In this document: piece after piece, positions 29,214 through 44,094 of the stretch
Numbering within the stretch: position 1 is the stretch's first letter
Layout of the letters: each line of letters opens with the position of its first letter
Assembly: GCA_000320545.1 (NCBI GenBank)
Contig: ADNK01000196.1
Location: forward strand, 1 to 44,718
Source: Bigelowiella natans CCMP2755
Lineage: Eukaryota > Protista > Cercozoa
Reading direction: 5' to 3'
Length of the DNA: 44,718 nt
The notes under the pieces: generated by a model
Databases searched by the model: none
What the model saw: the letters and a program-made list of their open reading frames with translations, nothing else
Told to the model about the DNA's origin: nothing
Translations under genes and position numbers: made by a program

Positions 29214-29713
29214 GGCTTCACCCTAATGTGGGTATGCGTGTAAGTAGTGCATACATTGTGCTACGATTTGACTGGTTCCGTTAGAATGCTGCTGCTTGTG
29301 ATCATGAAGTTCCACTTTTGATCGAAATCTATCACTCAGTATTGAGCAGCCAACCTCAACTTGAGCATCGAATCCCTGCAAGATACGACGACGATGACAA
29401 CAACAACAACAACAACAAAGCACTGACTATTAAGCGATGAGTTAGATACAAGATAGTTGCTCGTGCAACCTCGTTTTTCAAGAAATAACGACTATTACCA
29501 TAACTCCTTCTCGAATCCTTTTCTTTGGGGTCAACACTAATGATGATGATGATGATGATGAGGAGGAGGAGGAGGAGGAGGAGGAGGATATTGATAATGT
29601 AACATCCACATTGGGAAGTAGTAGTGTTGGTAGCACTATTATTTGCTGCAGCAGCCCCTTTAGGCCTGAGCTATCTCCGTAAATCTTCGCTTCGCGCCCT
29701 CTCTGCTTGTCGC

Positions 29714-29792
<79 letters not shown>

Positions 29793-30078
29793 CTTGATCT
29801 ACTACTACTATACTACTTATATAATTGTAAAAGTATCACTTCACAACATAAAGTACTATACTACGTATGTAATTGTAGAAATATCCCTTCGCAACAATAA
29901 GTGCTGCTGCTGCTGCAAACATATGAAGAGATCCACTCTCCGCAATAGCTATATACCTTTTGAGTTTATTATGTACGGAAGGAAATTCTAACACAACAAG
30001 AAGAAGGAAAGAGAAGGGGAAGAAGAAGAAGAAGAAGAAGAAGGGACAACTAAGACCCAACGCCGACATGGCCGTATT

Positions 30079-30120
<42 letters not shown>

Positions 30121-30129
30121 CGCACACAC

Positions 30130-30171
<42 letters not shown>

Positions 30172-30858
30172 CTCTCTCGCCACCACCATCATTAGCACCA
30201 CCTGATAGTTTCCTACATCGGCCACAACATCAAAGACTGTATCTGGAGAATAATGAACGATCTAATAGAGATCCACCACATGCAATGTAGTATATATTAC
30301 TACGGATAAAGACTATTATATCATAGGTAATAATAGCACAAAATAACAACACACTAAAATTGTCGTATGAACAAAGTCCAGCATCTTAGTAGTATCTATC
30401 TATTACTAACTAGTGTTTAACAACAACAACAGCAACAACAACTCTAGTAGTATCATCATTTATGAATATGACCTTTGTCCTTTTTTCCTTATGCTGACTA
30501 TTGTTCGTATTATAAGGGGGGACTTTACCCAACAAACTAGTGAAAAAGATGATATGAGCAATGTAGAAATATAACAACAACACGAAGAAGACCAAATAAA
30601 AGTAGTAGTGGTGCTAGTAATTGTTTGTTTTATCAAGATATAAGCAGAATAAGTTTTGAACCTAATTGCATTTTCTCACCAGAATCGTCGTTGCCGTCGT
30701 ATTTTCATAGCAGATTGCAATAATAAATAGGAGGAACATGCTTGGCCATGACAAAATACCTTGTTATAAATGATCGTCGAGAGGGAAGAGCTGTTCCATC
30801 TTTGAAATAACCAGAACCATTAATATTCTTACACCTTTTCGCTGTTGTTATCCATATG
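28352..30858 (-). CDS. COQ10: COQ10-like START/polyketide-cyclase coenzyme Q-binding protein; N-terminus and one internal segment uncertain
   Basis: Spliced: KRTKIVHYSPDTVFDVVADVGNYQNFLPYIINSK...GFDAQVEVGCSILSDRFRSKV...VVDKMHTVWTFIPKGDNVTEVVFEVQIDIYDPIKYSTLSSVFSYMAQTQMDAFIVEVENRLQKK*. An Arg-rich RRQRRF segment upstream resembles a mitochondrial presequence. Confidence 0.85.
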
Positions 30859-31503
30859 CTACAAAACCCAGAGCCTGTGTGTGTTTGTGTGTGTGTACGC
30901 GTGTGCGCGCGTGTTTGTATGGAAGGAATAGAGATTTTGCTTTAGTTATTTCTCCTTTGTCATCACAAATTCATTAGAGCAGCGATGTTCCGTAGTACCA
31001 GTTGTGTGATTAGTTGTATCATTAGCTACTCTCATAAACTGGGTGGATTGGTGACGATTCTAACTGACTGACTGAATTGACTCACTTCTTCGCATCGTAT
31101 GAATTATGATGATGACGACGACGATGATCAATACTTTTTTCTGTCTCACCACTCAGGTTTGGCCTCAGAAATGAAGATATTACTCTCCTATTATGCATCA
31201 CGTCCGTAGTATCTTGACTCCCTTTGTTGGTGTCGTCCGTCGTCGTGAAGTTTTTAGTGACAAGGGCGAATAATCACTTATTATTAATAATAATAATATT
31301 TCTCCAGCTTCTTCAAAGAACACATGCTGTAGTAGTAGTAGTAGCAGAAACAAAAGTTCTGTGATAAGGTGGGAGGAAGTAATTTACAATTTACTTTCTC
31401 ATACCCATGCATGCATCAAAACTATCCCTCCCGTGACTACTATTAATACGACTGGTCAGCAGATAGACTACGTTCTCTGATGAGGGGGCAGCGCCTACCC
31501 AAG

Positions 31504-31571
31504 TACTATCTCCGGAGATTCACTGGAGGAGCACCTCTACGTACTACTATCTCAGGAGATTCACTGGAGGA
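31504..31571. repeat. Direct repeat, 27 bp x2 (26/27 identical), 41-bp period
   Basis: tactatctccggagattcactggagga (31504-31530) vs tactatctcaggagattcactggagga (31545-31571). Confidence 0.9.
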
Positions 31572-32253
31572 AGAAGAGGAAGATGAGAATGTGGAGTTTT
31601 GGTAGAGATCCTTTATGGAGTAACTCAATAATCTCGAAAAGGAAATCCAAATACATGTAGTTCGAGCAATGCGTAGAAGTTCAATATTCAATAATCAATG
31701 ATGACTCGCAACAACATTACTCTCCGATAATAATCGCCGTGAATCTGCGAACAATTATTATGTGCGACATAATATATATTCACCATTTTACCACAAATCC
31801 AGGAAGTTCGGGTAAAAATTCGATCAGATAATAAAACATGGCGCTGCCCCTCGCTCGGCCACATCGGCCTCACTCCGGTCTTTGCGTTATAGCATACGAT
31901 TTCATCTATTAATTTCAGTCATAGAAAGTGGTTCCGTAGCCAGTTCCAAAGATGCATTATTAATTTTGGATATATAAGGGTATGATGTTAAAAGCTGGGT
32001 CAAACCTACTGACTGCTACTTACTTACGGCTGTGCTCGCTGCTATTTTTCGGATAATAATTCTTCTTCTGAGAATGAATCAATTCTCGCTACCGTAGTTT
32101 CATCCCACACTACCCCAGTCGTTTTCCCTGTTATTCTAAAGAATGCTACACACTTGCGAAGCATAGTATACTAAACCAGTGCTCATGTTCACTCACAACT
32201 TTGGTTGTAGTAGTACGAGGGTATCTTCCTCCTCCTCCTCCTCCTCGGAGCAG

Positions 32254-32581
32254 ATGGAGAAGAAGAGGATACACAGAGCGTCATCATCTACAAATGGCGG
32301 TCGTGCTTCTCGTAGTAATGATGATGGCCGCAGGGATGATTCTAGCAGCATCAACATTTCTTCAGAAAGGTCAAGATTGCAAGATATAAGATATTGGCAA
32401 GATGACGATTAGTAGATGATATCGACGTCTGTGTTAATAATATATGATAACTTATATTTGACATTTACTCTCTTACTTTCCACTTTGCAGCAGCACCAGG
32501 TTTGGTGGGTCGTGTTATTGACAAAAAACGAGGAGGAGAAGGAAGAGTGGCTGGAGGAGGATCACAACCACCACTTGGTAA

Positions 32582-32616
<35 letters not shown>

Positions 32617-32624
32617 ACTATCAT

Positions 32625-32669
<45 letters not shown>

Positions 32670-35332
32670 TGATAAAAAACTATTTAAAAATATTATTTTA
32701 AATAGTATAATAATGAATATTTTTCAGTTCAGTGTTGCTGACACAGCATGAATTCGCAGCAGCAGCAGCACCAACAAAATCACACAATGCACAATAATAC
32801 TAATACTAATACTATCCGACATACCCTCCTCCTCCTCCTCCTCCTCCTCCTCCTCCTCCTCCTCCTCCTCCTCCTCTTGCTGCTGCAGCTACTGCTGCTA
32901 CACGCACAACCGACTTACGGAACAGCATAATGTGTTATTATTATGTGTGAATAATTATTGCGTATTTAAGTATGAGAACACATCAGCGTCGCTTAGTAAT
33001 TAGATATCACACCACTAAGGTGCTGCTTTTCCCCCTCCTTCTAATTTACCTACTATCACACTATGTGTATGTAAAGACATCATTTTCCCTTCTTTCTTTT
33101 ATACTTGTGTTTTCTTTTTTTCCTTCAGGTACTACTACCTCCCCTACGAATCGGATGAGGCCAATTTCTTCTCTTCATCATCATGCTTCTGATGATGATA
33201 GCAATAGCAACAACAACAAGAAGAAGAAGAAGAAGAAGAAGAGGGCAGCTAGTTGTAGTAGTAGCCAGAAGGTCAATCAGCAGTGGAACAACCAACTTCT
33301 ACATGCATGAACACAACCAACACCATGATAGAAACAGAAAGAAGAAGAAGATGATGATGATAATTATGATGATGCTGCTATCCTATTATTTGACGGAGCA
33401 AGGAGCATGCTTGTAGAATAATTAACAATTATTATCATCATAGATAGTAGTCTCCTTGTATAAAAGATGCAACTATGTTACTACTACTAGAAGAAGCTCA
33501 TAATAAAGTGCATACCCCCTCTGGAGATGGATGATGATGATGATGGAATAATTGGTTTCATCAATCACCAGAGGGGGGTGATGATTTTGTAGTCGTGCTA
33601 ACTTATTAATAATGACTCTCCTCCTCCTCCTCCTCCTCATTCATCATCATCATCACCTTCGTCATTATCATCACTTACTTCTAGTATCTTAATAACAGCC
33701 CCAGCGACTACGAGCTAGGAGACCTCCCTCCCCCACCTCTAGATATCATGATGATAAACCAGCAGCTGGTATTGTTAATATTATCATCACGATTGTTGTT
33801 GTTGATTATTAAATACGAATACGCTATCATTGTCAAGATCCACATCATTACTACATTTTCTTTTTCTTCCATCATCATTTACTATCTTAATCCAGTTAAT
33901 GCTTATTATTACTCCTAAGTTTATATTGTCACAGATAATACTACTGCTGCTAATTGTAGTTAAAATGATAATGATGATGATGATGATGATGATAATGATA
34001 TTGGTGGATGATGGATAAAAGCAACATAGTCAGAATGATATAACTTTCTTCGTCGTCCTACTCACGACGAAGTAGTATTGTCTTCTTGTGACGTGAAGGA
34101 CATGAGATCACGTACTCGTGCCAGGAGCTTTATAACTAACAGCACCAATTCAATAGTGTTGTCCCCTCCTCCTCCTCCTCCTCTTCCTCTTTTCTGTTAT
34201 AATTTATAGGTGCTGTTAGTAAGCATCGTTCAAAGTCCAGCAGCAGGGTACTAGTTGCACAGAAGAATAAGAAAGAGGCCAACAAGGAAGATGATAAAAG
34301 TAAGATGACGATGATGAGATAATGATGATGATGATGATGATGATGATAGAGAGGAATGTGTAGTTTCTCCTAATTGCTGCTTAGGATTGATTGATTGATT
34401 CTGTCACTACTTAAAATTGACAGAGGAAGGGTTGATGATCGTCTCTTCATTTTCCTCCTCCTTCTCTTCCTTATCATTATCCTTTTTCTCCTTTCAATAT
34501 TGTCACGTAGTATCATAAGATGATAAATAAGATCGAATGCTGATATTTATTACTATCTAAAAAAAATGCTAAAGCAGAGGGTGGAGAGGAAGAGAACGAT
34601 GGTTATAAATCGTCGTCGTCGCCATCACCATCTTCAAACGGAGCAGCAGCATCAGCAGCCAAAAAAAGAAAGCTCGGTAGCAGTTGTGGTTGTATTTGAC
34701 TGATATCTTTCAGCTTTTATGTTGTATCATCGTATCTCCTTCTTTTCATCATACTACATCATCTACACCTATATTATTATTTATCTCCCTCGCCGACCAT
34801 ATTATTCCCTCCTCCTCCTCCTTCTCCTCCTGCTTCTCCTTCTCTCAAACCAGGATCTCTCATATATACTCCTCCTATTAATAATCCTCCGTTTACTTTC
34901 TTATTTCCTTCCTCAATTTCATTCTCCCCCCCCCCCTTGCTTCTCCTCCCCTTCTCCTCCCCTCGATAACAGCATCATCAACGATGGATGCATCTACACC
35001 CCCGCCAATACAAACAAGAACAAAGAAAAAGGCTAAAATCAGCACATCAGTGCCCCCAAGATTTAAGAAGAAAGCTAAATTGACTACAAGCGAAGCACCA
35101 TCTGATGAAGATAACATGCCCCAGAATGATAAGAGAAGTAGTAGTAAAGACAAGAAAAGGAAGAAGAGGAAGAAATCTACTAACCCAATGATGATGGGGA
35201 AAACAACGGCTGCTGACACAGTAGATGAAGGAATAGTTAGCAATGTAGTAGAGGATGAGGATAATAGTTCTAAGAAGGAAGAAGGCGAGAGAATTGGTAA
35301 TAACAGCAATAGAAAGAGCATACCCACAAGTG

Positions 35333-35365
<33 letters not shown>

Positions 35366-35522
35366 AAAAATGTCCAAGAGGGGGAGAATCAATGAAGATA
35401 ATCAAGCAGCCCGACCCTCCTGAGAGATTTTGTGACGGGTATTTATTATATCCTCAAGTAGAACAAGAAGAAGCAGAGAACATAGTAGCAGTAGTAAGTA
35501 ATAGTACTCACTCCTTCTTCTT

Positions 35523-35553
<31 letters not shown>

Positions 35554-35607
35554 TATGGCAGTAACTAACATGATAAACGAAATTATATATCACCTATGCA
35601 AGCCACC

Positions 35608-35649
<42 letters not shown>

Positions 35650-35845
35650 ATTTTTGGTTTTATTCGGATTATTATTTTTGTACATATTCTAAGTATGTTA
35701 TCCTGATATTACCGTGGTCATCATATTTCATTTTCTTCAAGTAGTCAAGAAGTAGTAGCTAGCTCCTTTTTATTACTCTGGAGAACACCGCCATTACATT
35801 ACTATCATCATCATCATCATCATCATCTTATGTAGACAATACAAA

Positions 35846-35879
<34 letters not shown>

Positions 35880-36123
35880 TAATAATTGTAAGATTCCTTC
35901 CATCCTTCAAATTGGGTTGCTGCTTCTGCAAAGAATTGATGATGATGATGATGATGATGATGTAGTCGCTTAAGTTGTCGTCGTCATCGTTTGTGTACTA
36001 ATAATGTGAATTAGTTACAACAACTAATACTACTACTACTACTACTATATTTAGATGCGGTAATCGAAAGATACAACCTGGATCAAAATTATACACGTAA
36101 GTGAGTAGTAGTCCTCCCTCTCC

Positions 36124-36161
<38 letters not shown>

Positions 36162-36312
36162 GATGAAACACATGTTCATACTTATGATGTGCTTACGTTA
36201 TTTTGCAAGCAGAAGTGTGTGTATATGTGTGTGCCTTTTACAAAAACCACCTGCTCGCCACAAACCTAAAGATGAATAAACCATGAGGCGAATATATAAA
36301 TAAGTCATAGTG

Positions 36313-36355
<43 letters not shown>

Positions 36356-37392
36356 GAATATCAATATTTAGTATATTTGTATGCAGCCATTCGTGTTATT
36401 CTAATTATGTTGCTCATCGTGATGTGTTTTGCTATTATTACATCATTAGCTGTGAGAAGTGCGACTACGACTTATGCTACAATTGTGGAAGGGAGGGAGA
36501 TATTAAAGAACCAAAAGGTGTAGCAGCAGCAAATCGGAAGAAGTACTCTCATCAGCAGCAGCGACAGAAGAAAGATGAGGTTGTTGAAACTGCTGCTGTT
36601 GGCATCCAGACAGAAGACCAAAATGATGATGACAACATCGACGACGATGATGATTGCACAGTAAGTACAGCTACAACCAGCACAATAAAGGTTAGCAACG
36701 GATAGTAGTAATCCATGATCTCCACATCCTACTCAAGTAGTAGCCTCAAATCCTGTATTTATTAATTATTACTACTTTTTTGATAAATGACAAGATATGG
36801 AGAATAAGTAAATCGTGAATATAAGTGTAATTTTTCCGCTTTTTCTATGAATTGATTGACGACAATGCTGTGTGTGCCACACATGTTGTTTAAGTGTTGT
36901 TTGAGGGTGATGTGTATTGTTATGTGATCACTGCAGCACCCATTGCTCTCGCTTCTTTAAGTTTTTCTTTCAATTATACAAACTGTTCAGTGTTAATATT
37001 GTTTCCATTCATTCGTCGTTTGAGCTATTATTTTCAATTGCTTACATACAGAAAAGAACACGGACCAAAATACCAAAAGTCATCAGTAAGGAGGAGGTGG
37101 GTACTACTGAGTAACTTTCTCACGCATTCAATTCCATTAGTATCATGATTCTATCGATTGATTCGGTTTTGGTTCTTTGTGAAAACTATCTACTACTAAA
37201 ATTTGTAACTAACACTTGCTGCAATTATTATGCATCGTACCATGATGATGATGATGATGATAATGATGATGATGAAATTGTCCAAGTACAACATACACTT
37301 TTGTTCCTGCCGATCGATAGATAGTACCAAATCTTATGAAAAGGCTATGCATGTAGTACCTATAAAATCTATGAGCTAAATTATAGCAGCTA

Positions 37393-37431
<39 letters not shown>

Positions 37432-40400
37432 TGGAGGCTTGCTTGTTGAGTCTCAGTGGGATTTACTTATTAAAATAATAAATATTACAGCTGAGGTACA
37501 CCAACACAGACGACATTTATTCACACACACGTGCACTACTTGGTTAAGAAAATATGTCGCTGGGTGCTGCTACATACACATACATTATAACAGCAGCAAA
37601 AATTAATTGATTGGCTGTTTTAGGGGTCCTGGTTTTATCGTATGGTCAGAAATAGTGGTTACTCAAATATTAAAGTTCGGCAAAGGTACCATATCTCACA
37701 CTTATTGTCTATCGAAAGGAAGGATTATGATAATTAACATCGAGACTGTGTTATTCTCTTTCCATCAAAATAATTCGAACTGAGAGGTAGCGCGGTAACC
37801 AAATAGTTGTAGGATATATCATCAAAAAAATGCCTGAGGTTTTATTTTGTTTCATTATTGTGCTTTCTTTTTACTGTTTATGATACTTCTACATCGAAGG
37901 CCATATATGCATAGCCGACCAGTAAAACCTGCATTTTTTGCAGCACAGTCAACAGGTGAAAGAGGTAATTATTGCTTCTTACTCACAGCATATGATTCAA
38001 TAAGCATCAAGGTGTATTACACTTCAAGGTTTCTTATATTCTGTCGCTATAGTTGTGTACACAATCATGGTGATGATGATGATGATGATGGTTATGATCA
38101 TGTTTTTCAACTTTTTACCAATATATCCCAAAGTGCAGGAGGCTTGACAAAGGAAAGAGATTTTAATTGTTGGATACCTGATGAAATTATTGAAGTTTAT
38201 ATTCTGTGGCTCTACTATGATATATATGTATAAATTTCTTCAGTATTCGTAAGTGAGAGACTGAAGGGAGACGATGGGCAAACATACTTGAAAATCGAGC
38301 TTCCCAATGACAATGACGGGTAGAATGAAACAATAATCAATCATCAATCTCAATACGAGAGTAAATAAAATTTAAAATAACAATAGTAGCAATAGTAGTA
38401 TACATCGATATAGTGATGACGATAATGAGATGATAATGATGATGGTAATGACGATAATATCAAAGATTATGAAAAGGAAACACATGCTCACTTAATAGTA
38501 GTAACGACGATAGTCATCATGATGTAGTAATAGAATAAGTAACCTTTTTGAAATTCTGAGAATTTTTCTAAAGATAAAAAATATTATTTAAGGCACGGCT
38601 GGATATTTACACAAGACCCCATGGACCTGTCGAAGCGCATTTTACGAACAATTGATGAAGATGAAGAAGACGATATCGATGTATTTTTATTTCCTTATCT
38701 CTTTCGTCGTTCATCACTCTCAGACAGCTACAGCAATTTCTCAAGTTATTGATTACTTCTACTAAATATTTACATTAGGAAAACACAACGGCAGGGGCAG
38801 CAGCAACAGAGAAAGCAATTAACAGTGCTGCCAGTGGTGAAACACGGGAAGAGATGTCGTGCGATGAGGACAAAATTGAAAATCATCAGTCTCAGCAAAA
38901 TCAAAATGTTAAGACTAGGAATATCAAAACGGAGCTGGCAGAGGAAGAGGAAATGAAAAGTGACGAAGAGGGTGGAAAGCTACAAGGAGTTGTGACGATG
39001 AAAAAAGCCAAGGTGCGTCTTGCTTCATTGGCAAAATACCATAATGATATCACGAGTACTTAATAGCAACGATACAATACCTAACAACCATAGCTAAATA
39101 ATATATTAAACTGATGTTTATCTTAATTTACGTATCGACAGTATGTAAAACAAGAATCAATAACGAATACAGACGAAGAGAAACGTCAGGTAATTCTCTA
39201 TATTTACGTGTATTTTGTGAGTATTATTCATGTAGTACTGAATTTCAATTTATGCGTTAATAGATATATTAACATAAGTTGATGATAATACAATAATAAG
39301 CATGTTTGCATGCATACTCTCCTTTGCATACCTTTTCATATTCAATACAGTACAGTTCACAAACTTATGCAAATTTTATGTAAAATAAATATTTTTAACT
39401 TCATCTCATTTAATAAAATGTTATATACCACGATTTTATTCGACGTTGTGGTTAATCTTCCTGGTAACCCATATTAGGTCTACCTCCTGAATCTTTCTTT
39501 TCAAATCAACGATAAAATTCTGACGGACTTCTTCAAGGTAGGATTGTTATTTGAAAGAGCGATAGTTGATACGAATAAGACTCAATATTTTGGTTAAAAT
39601 TTCAGGATTGCGGCGATATCGAAAGCATAAAATGGGAGGAGGATAATGGGAGATTTGCAGGAAGAGGATGGGTTAGATTTAAGACTGAGGACGCTGCAAA
39701 GAGTGCTGTGTTGAAAGCAGGAACAAGTATACTTGGCCGACCAGTTATTGTAAGGAGAGCTACTGATGTTTTCTGCAATCGAATCTATGGTAATTAGTAT
39801 GACACCAAAGAACTGCTATTTGTGTGCAATTACTAGTAATAACGAAAATAAAAATGTGACGCACGTATGTAGTACAGATCTGAAGGGCGTTATGATACCA
39901 TTCACTTCCATATTTTATTTTGTTTTTACAAAATAATTGCTCTCTTGCTCCAAAACAATTTATTCAACTCTATCTTCGACAAAATATAATTGAACCTTTA
40001 TCAGTCCGGAATCTATCTGACGAAGTATCGGAGGAAGCTATAAGGTTTCTTCATCGCCTAGCTATGTCCTTGGAAATGCTCTATCCTAATTTTAGATATA
40101 AAACTCGATCATAATATGTTTTCTCGCTAACGTTGTCGAAATATAAATTTATCGTAGAAAATTCTTCGCTGACTGCGGGGCTATCACAGAAATAAAATGG
40201 ATTGAAGATAGGGTATTGAGAAGTGAGAAGTTTTTAGAAAATACAGAAGGTGTGAAGTTCATTTGCAATATATCATAAGTGGCTGGAGAATTGTTCAAGA
40301 ATATTTTGTGATTTTTACGAGTCTCTAGTATTTTTTTTATTCTTGGGATGGACTTGATGAAACTTTAATCATAAAACAAATTTTACTGTTATCAATATTA

Positions 40401-40620
40401 TGTGTCATGCTTAAAATAATAATATGTTACGAAGAACACTGGGGCATTCAAAGGATCCGGTTTCGTGCAATTTACATCAGTTGCGGAGGGAAAGGAAGTA
40501 GGGAAAACATTGTTCATTTAGATCAATAGTTATCCAAAAAATTCTGAATATCATAGTTTTCTAGTTTTTTAGATATTCAGATTTGATCCGTTGGAAACGT
40601 ATCCTCGTTTGAAGCTTTTG

Positions 40621-40657
<37 letters not shown>

Positions 40658-42200
40658 GTATCTCTCCTTCTCTCATACACCTCCCTAGGAAAAAAACAGA
40701 CACGCACATGATCTTTCGCTTTTTTCAGGCAATCAAGAAGCATGGCCAGATTTTCATGGGGAAAAGAATAACGTAAGGGACACTACCAATACATTATTTA
40801 TCAAGAGACTTCAATCTATTCGATATATTCGTTTAATTATATTGTGCATTTTCTTAGTTGCCTTCGTACGTAATATATATTTATTTATTTATTTATTATC
40901 CAGGAAAAATACAATATAACGTCCATACATACAAAAGTATATATAAAAATAATATTTATCGTCTAAGTAACTCAATAATAAGGAATCTGATACCTTTAGT
41001 TGTGAGTACTCTCGTCCCCTGAAGGAAAGTGGTGCTGCATCAACTAAACAAATAGGAAAAACGGGAGAACAGTCAAGGTTCTAGTAAACCATCTTTTACT
41101 GGTGACTAACATTAAAATAATATTTTCCAATTATTCCAAGGTTTTCTTCTAAAAACGAGCAACTTCCAAAGACGCGCGTTTTTATATCAAATCTCGACTA
41201 CAACATCGATGAGACTGCGGTCAGTATATTATTACTACTGTGAATAATATCACGGCAAATCTTTGCTATTTCAATTATTTGATGGTATCAACTCTATATC
41301 AATTTACTGGCTATTGAAATTTAAATTGGTGTGCATAAGACAAAGTATGACCATGAGACAACAATGTCCGGATATGGAAACACTAATCTTTCATGAGATC
41401 ATCTTTCAGATACAGATGGCATGATTCATGTGGGAATGCATGGCTCCATCATTAAAGACTCCATCGATTTTAATTTATCCCTATGTATGTCCTCTGATAA
41501 ACTTTGTAATTAATCATACACATTAACACTGATAAAGGTTCGGGAATTCTTCTCTGATTGCGGTGACGTTCGCAACATTAAATGGTCCGAAAAAAACGGA
41601 GAATTCTTCTGTAAGGTAATTAAGAACAGTGTGGGCATAACTTAACATTAATGGTCATAAACTTTACGATTGTACTAGAATCAATTCTCATCAGATTCCA
41701 TACTAAAACTTATGTGTCAATTATGCTCAAATTTATTTGTCATAATAATTCGTGAACTAGGGTGTTGTAGAATTCGAATCCGCAGATGCTGCTCAAAAGG
41801 TATAGTAATTACAAAAACTTGAGCACGTACATACCATGGAGTATCTGCGCAAATTAATATTTTGTACTACAATTTGCAGGCCGTAAAGAAATCTGGAGAA
41901 TTACTCCTGGGAAAAGAACTGAAAGCAGAGATATCCAATCCGCCTCGGTCATGAATAATTTGATACAATATGATTGAAGCAATCTCATCCTTGTCCCGCA
42001 TCTTATCCACTAGAAACTCAATTACATTTATTTAACTTTAAACAGGAAACGTATGACTGATAATACGGTGTCATAAGGAATACACGAACACACACACACG
42101 CGCGCGCGCGCGCACGTATTACACATTCATCAAGACAAATTAAGAATGAGAGTAAGAGAGAGGAGGCGGAGAAAGATAGATGGGGAAAGAGAGAGAGAGG

Positions 42201-42234
<34 letters not shown>

Positions 42235-42418
42235 TAACGTAAGAGTAACACTACTATTGCGAAATGTTACATGAAAAAAGGATGAGATGAATCCTTGGAG
42301 ATATTTGATTTATTTTCGTTTATGTCAATGTATTCAGAATCTTTCTACGCATTTAGTCCCTCTCTCTCTCTCTCTCTCTCTAGTCACCTCTTCCTCTCTC
42401 TCTCCCTCCCCCCCCCCC

Positions 42419-42460
<42 letters not shown>

Positions 42461-43512
42461 CGCATGATTGTGTGGATTGTATCTGTTTTTCAACCTGGGA
42501 AACCTAGATTTTTCTAGGGAATCTGCCTTTCGATGTATCTGAGCAAGAGGTTAGTGTGTCAGTATTTTAAAAAGTTTAATGGTCTTTGTTATTAAATGAG
42601 ATTTCACCAAATTTCGAGACTAAGAGAAACAGGATTTCCTGCGTATAGTGGAAGGTTTGGTTTTTTGGGGGATGGTATTCATAAATTGCAGAGGCTAGCT
42701 TGGTGCTCTAGGGTTCCTTGACAAAACAGCAACCAAACAGAAAAACTTGAGGCCTTACCTGTCACATCATCCAAAAATTTACATCTGTATACAATTTTTT
42801 AGATTTTAATGGTGTTTATTTAGGTTCGCGACTACGCAGAGGATGGATCATCTAGCATTAAAGGCGTTCGCCTCGTGAGGGACCGTACAACACAGAGATT
42901 TAAAGTCAGATCATTTCCTCCCTTTAATGTCCGATATGTAGATTATTACTACAAAAAATGCTCGTATGTGTGTGTGCAAAGGGTAATTCTAAATGTTTGC
43001 GTTTGAGTATCATTCTTTAGGTCGTATTTTGTTTGTGAATTCGGATGTATGATGTATTTTTATACTTAATATCATCACAATTCATTGTTTAGGGTTATGC
43101 ATTTATCGAATTCGACGACCAAATAATGGCGAAAAAGTAGACATATTTCTTTTTGTTTTGATTTAACGATTTACGATATACATTACTTGTTTTTTTAAAA
43201 CACCATCTGCAATACAAAAAATATGCATTGTTATAGTGTAAATAAATAAATAGGGCTACAGAAAAAAGTGATGATGCATCTAGAAAGTTATAGAAGCAAT
43301 CAACATTTTGATTTAGGTTCAAGTATATTAGAGCTAGAGGAGGGAAGACAAGACATGTTGTCACATTATCCTTGGAATTAGTCTAAGTTCTTTCTTTGCT
43401 GATGCCGTTGTTCAACAGATTCGTGAAATCAAAGTTCGGGACTCAATTGCGCGGGAGGCCTGTGCGTGTTCGGGAAATGTTAGAAACAAGAGGGAGGCCA
43501 CCAAGTGGCTAG
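32254..43512 (+). CDS. Large multi-exon RNA-binding protein: K/S/D-rich N-terminus, ZZ-type zinc finger, SH3b-like domain, 4 RRMs (nucleolin-like); start uncertain
   Basis: ZZ: CDG|CGNRKIQPGSKLYT|CEKCDYDLCYNC. RRM RNP2/RNP1 pairs: VYLLNL...GRGWVRF, IYVRNL...GSGFVQF, VFISNL...KGVVEF, IFLGNL...KGYAFIEF. Stop TAG at 43510-43512. Exons before ~34900 are low-complexity and uncertain. Confidence 0.8.
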
Positions 43513-44094
43513 TTAGTTATTTAATCTTTTTCGAAAGACAATCACCCTAATTAATAACATCGGGTCAGGTTTTCCCCGGTACACATTGAGTAGCTAAATA
43601 ATGTCTGCATTCCAAGTGAGAACGCTTGCATGCACTTTGTGATGTCAAGATTGCCAAAGGCTAGGCAGAGTACTTGTCAAAAAAAACGAGCACAGATACA
43701 GGTCGTCAGTATGCATAACATGACAAATAAAACTAGAATGTTTATTACCTTTCGTACGTGACGCGCATGCACCACAGTTCGGTTGATCGTTATCGATCAT
43801 TGAAAAAGCGATTCAAAATCGTATGCGTACACGTGCACACATTTGTATGAGCTAAAAGCCGCGAGTAAGCATTAAGATCTTTGTCACAACAACAATTTTT
43901 TCACACCCACCCCGCGTGCGTTGTAGCTGTAACAAGATGCGATACAAGCATGCACACTTTATCATCAGCAGCAGCTCTTTGATCCAATCATGCATGCTTC
44001 GTGCATGAACGTGTGCACCAAAATGCAAGAGAACCTGAAAACATGGTCACACGGTGCAATGTGTAGGTAATGCGATTCAATGATGACTTAAGTG

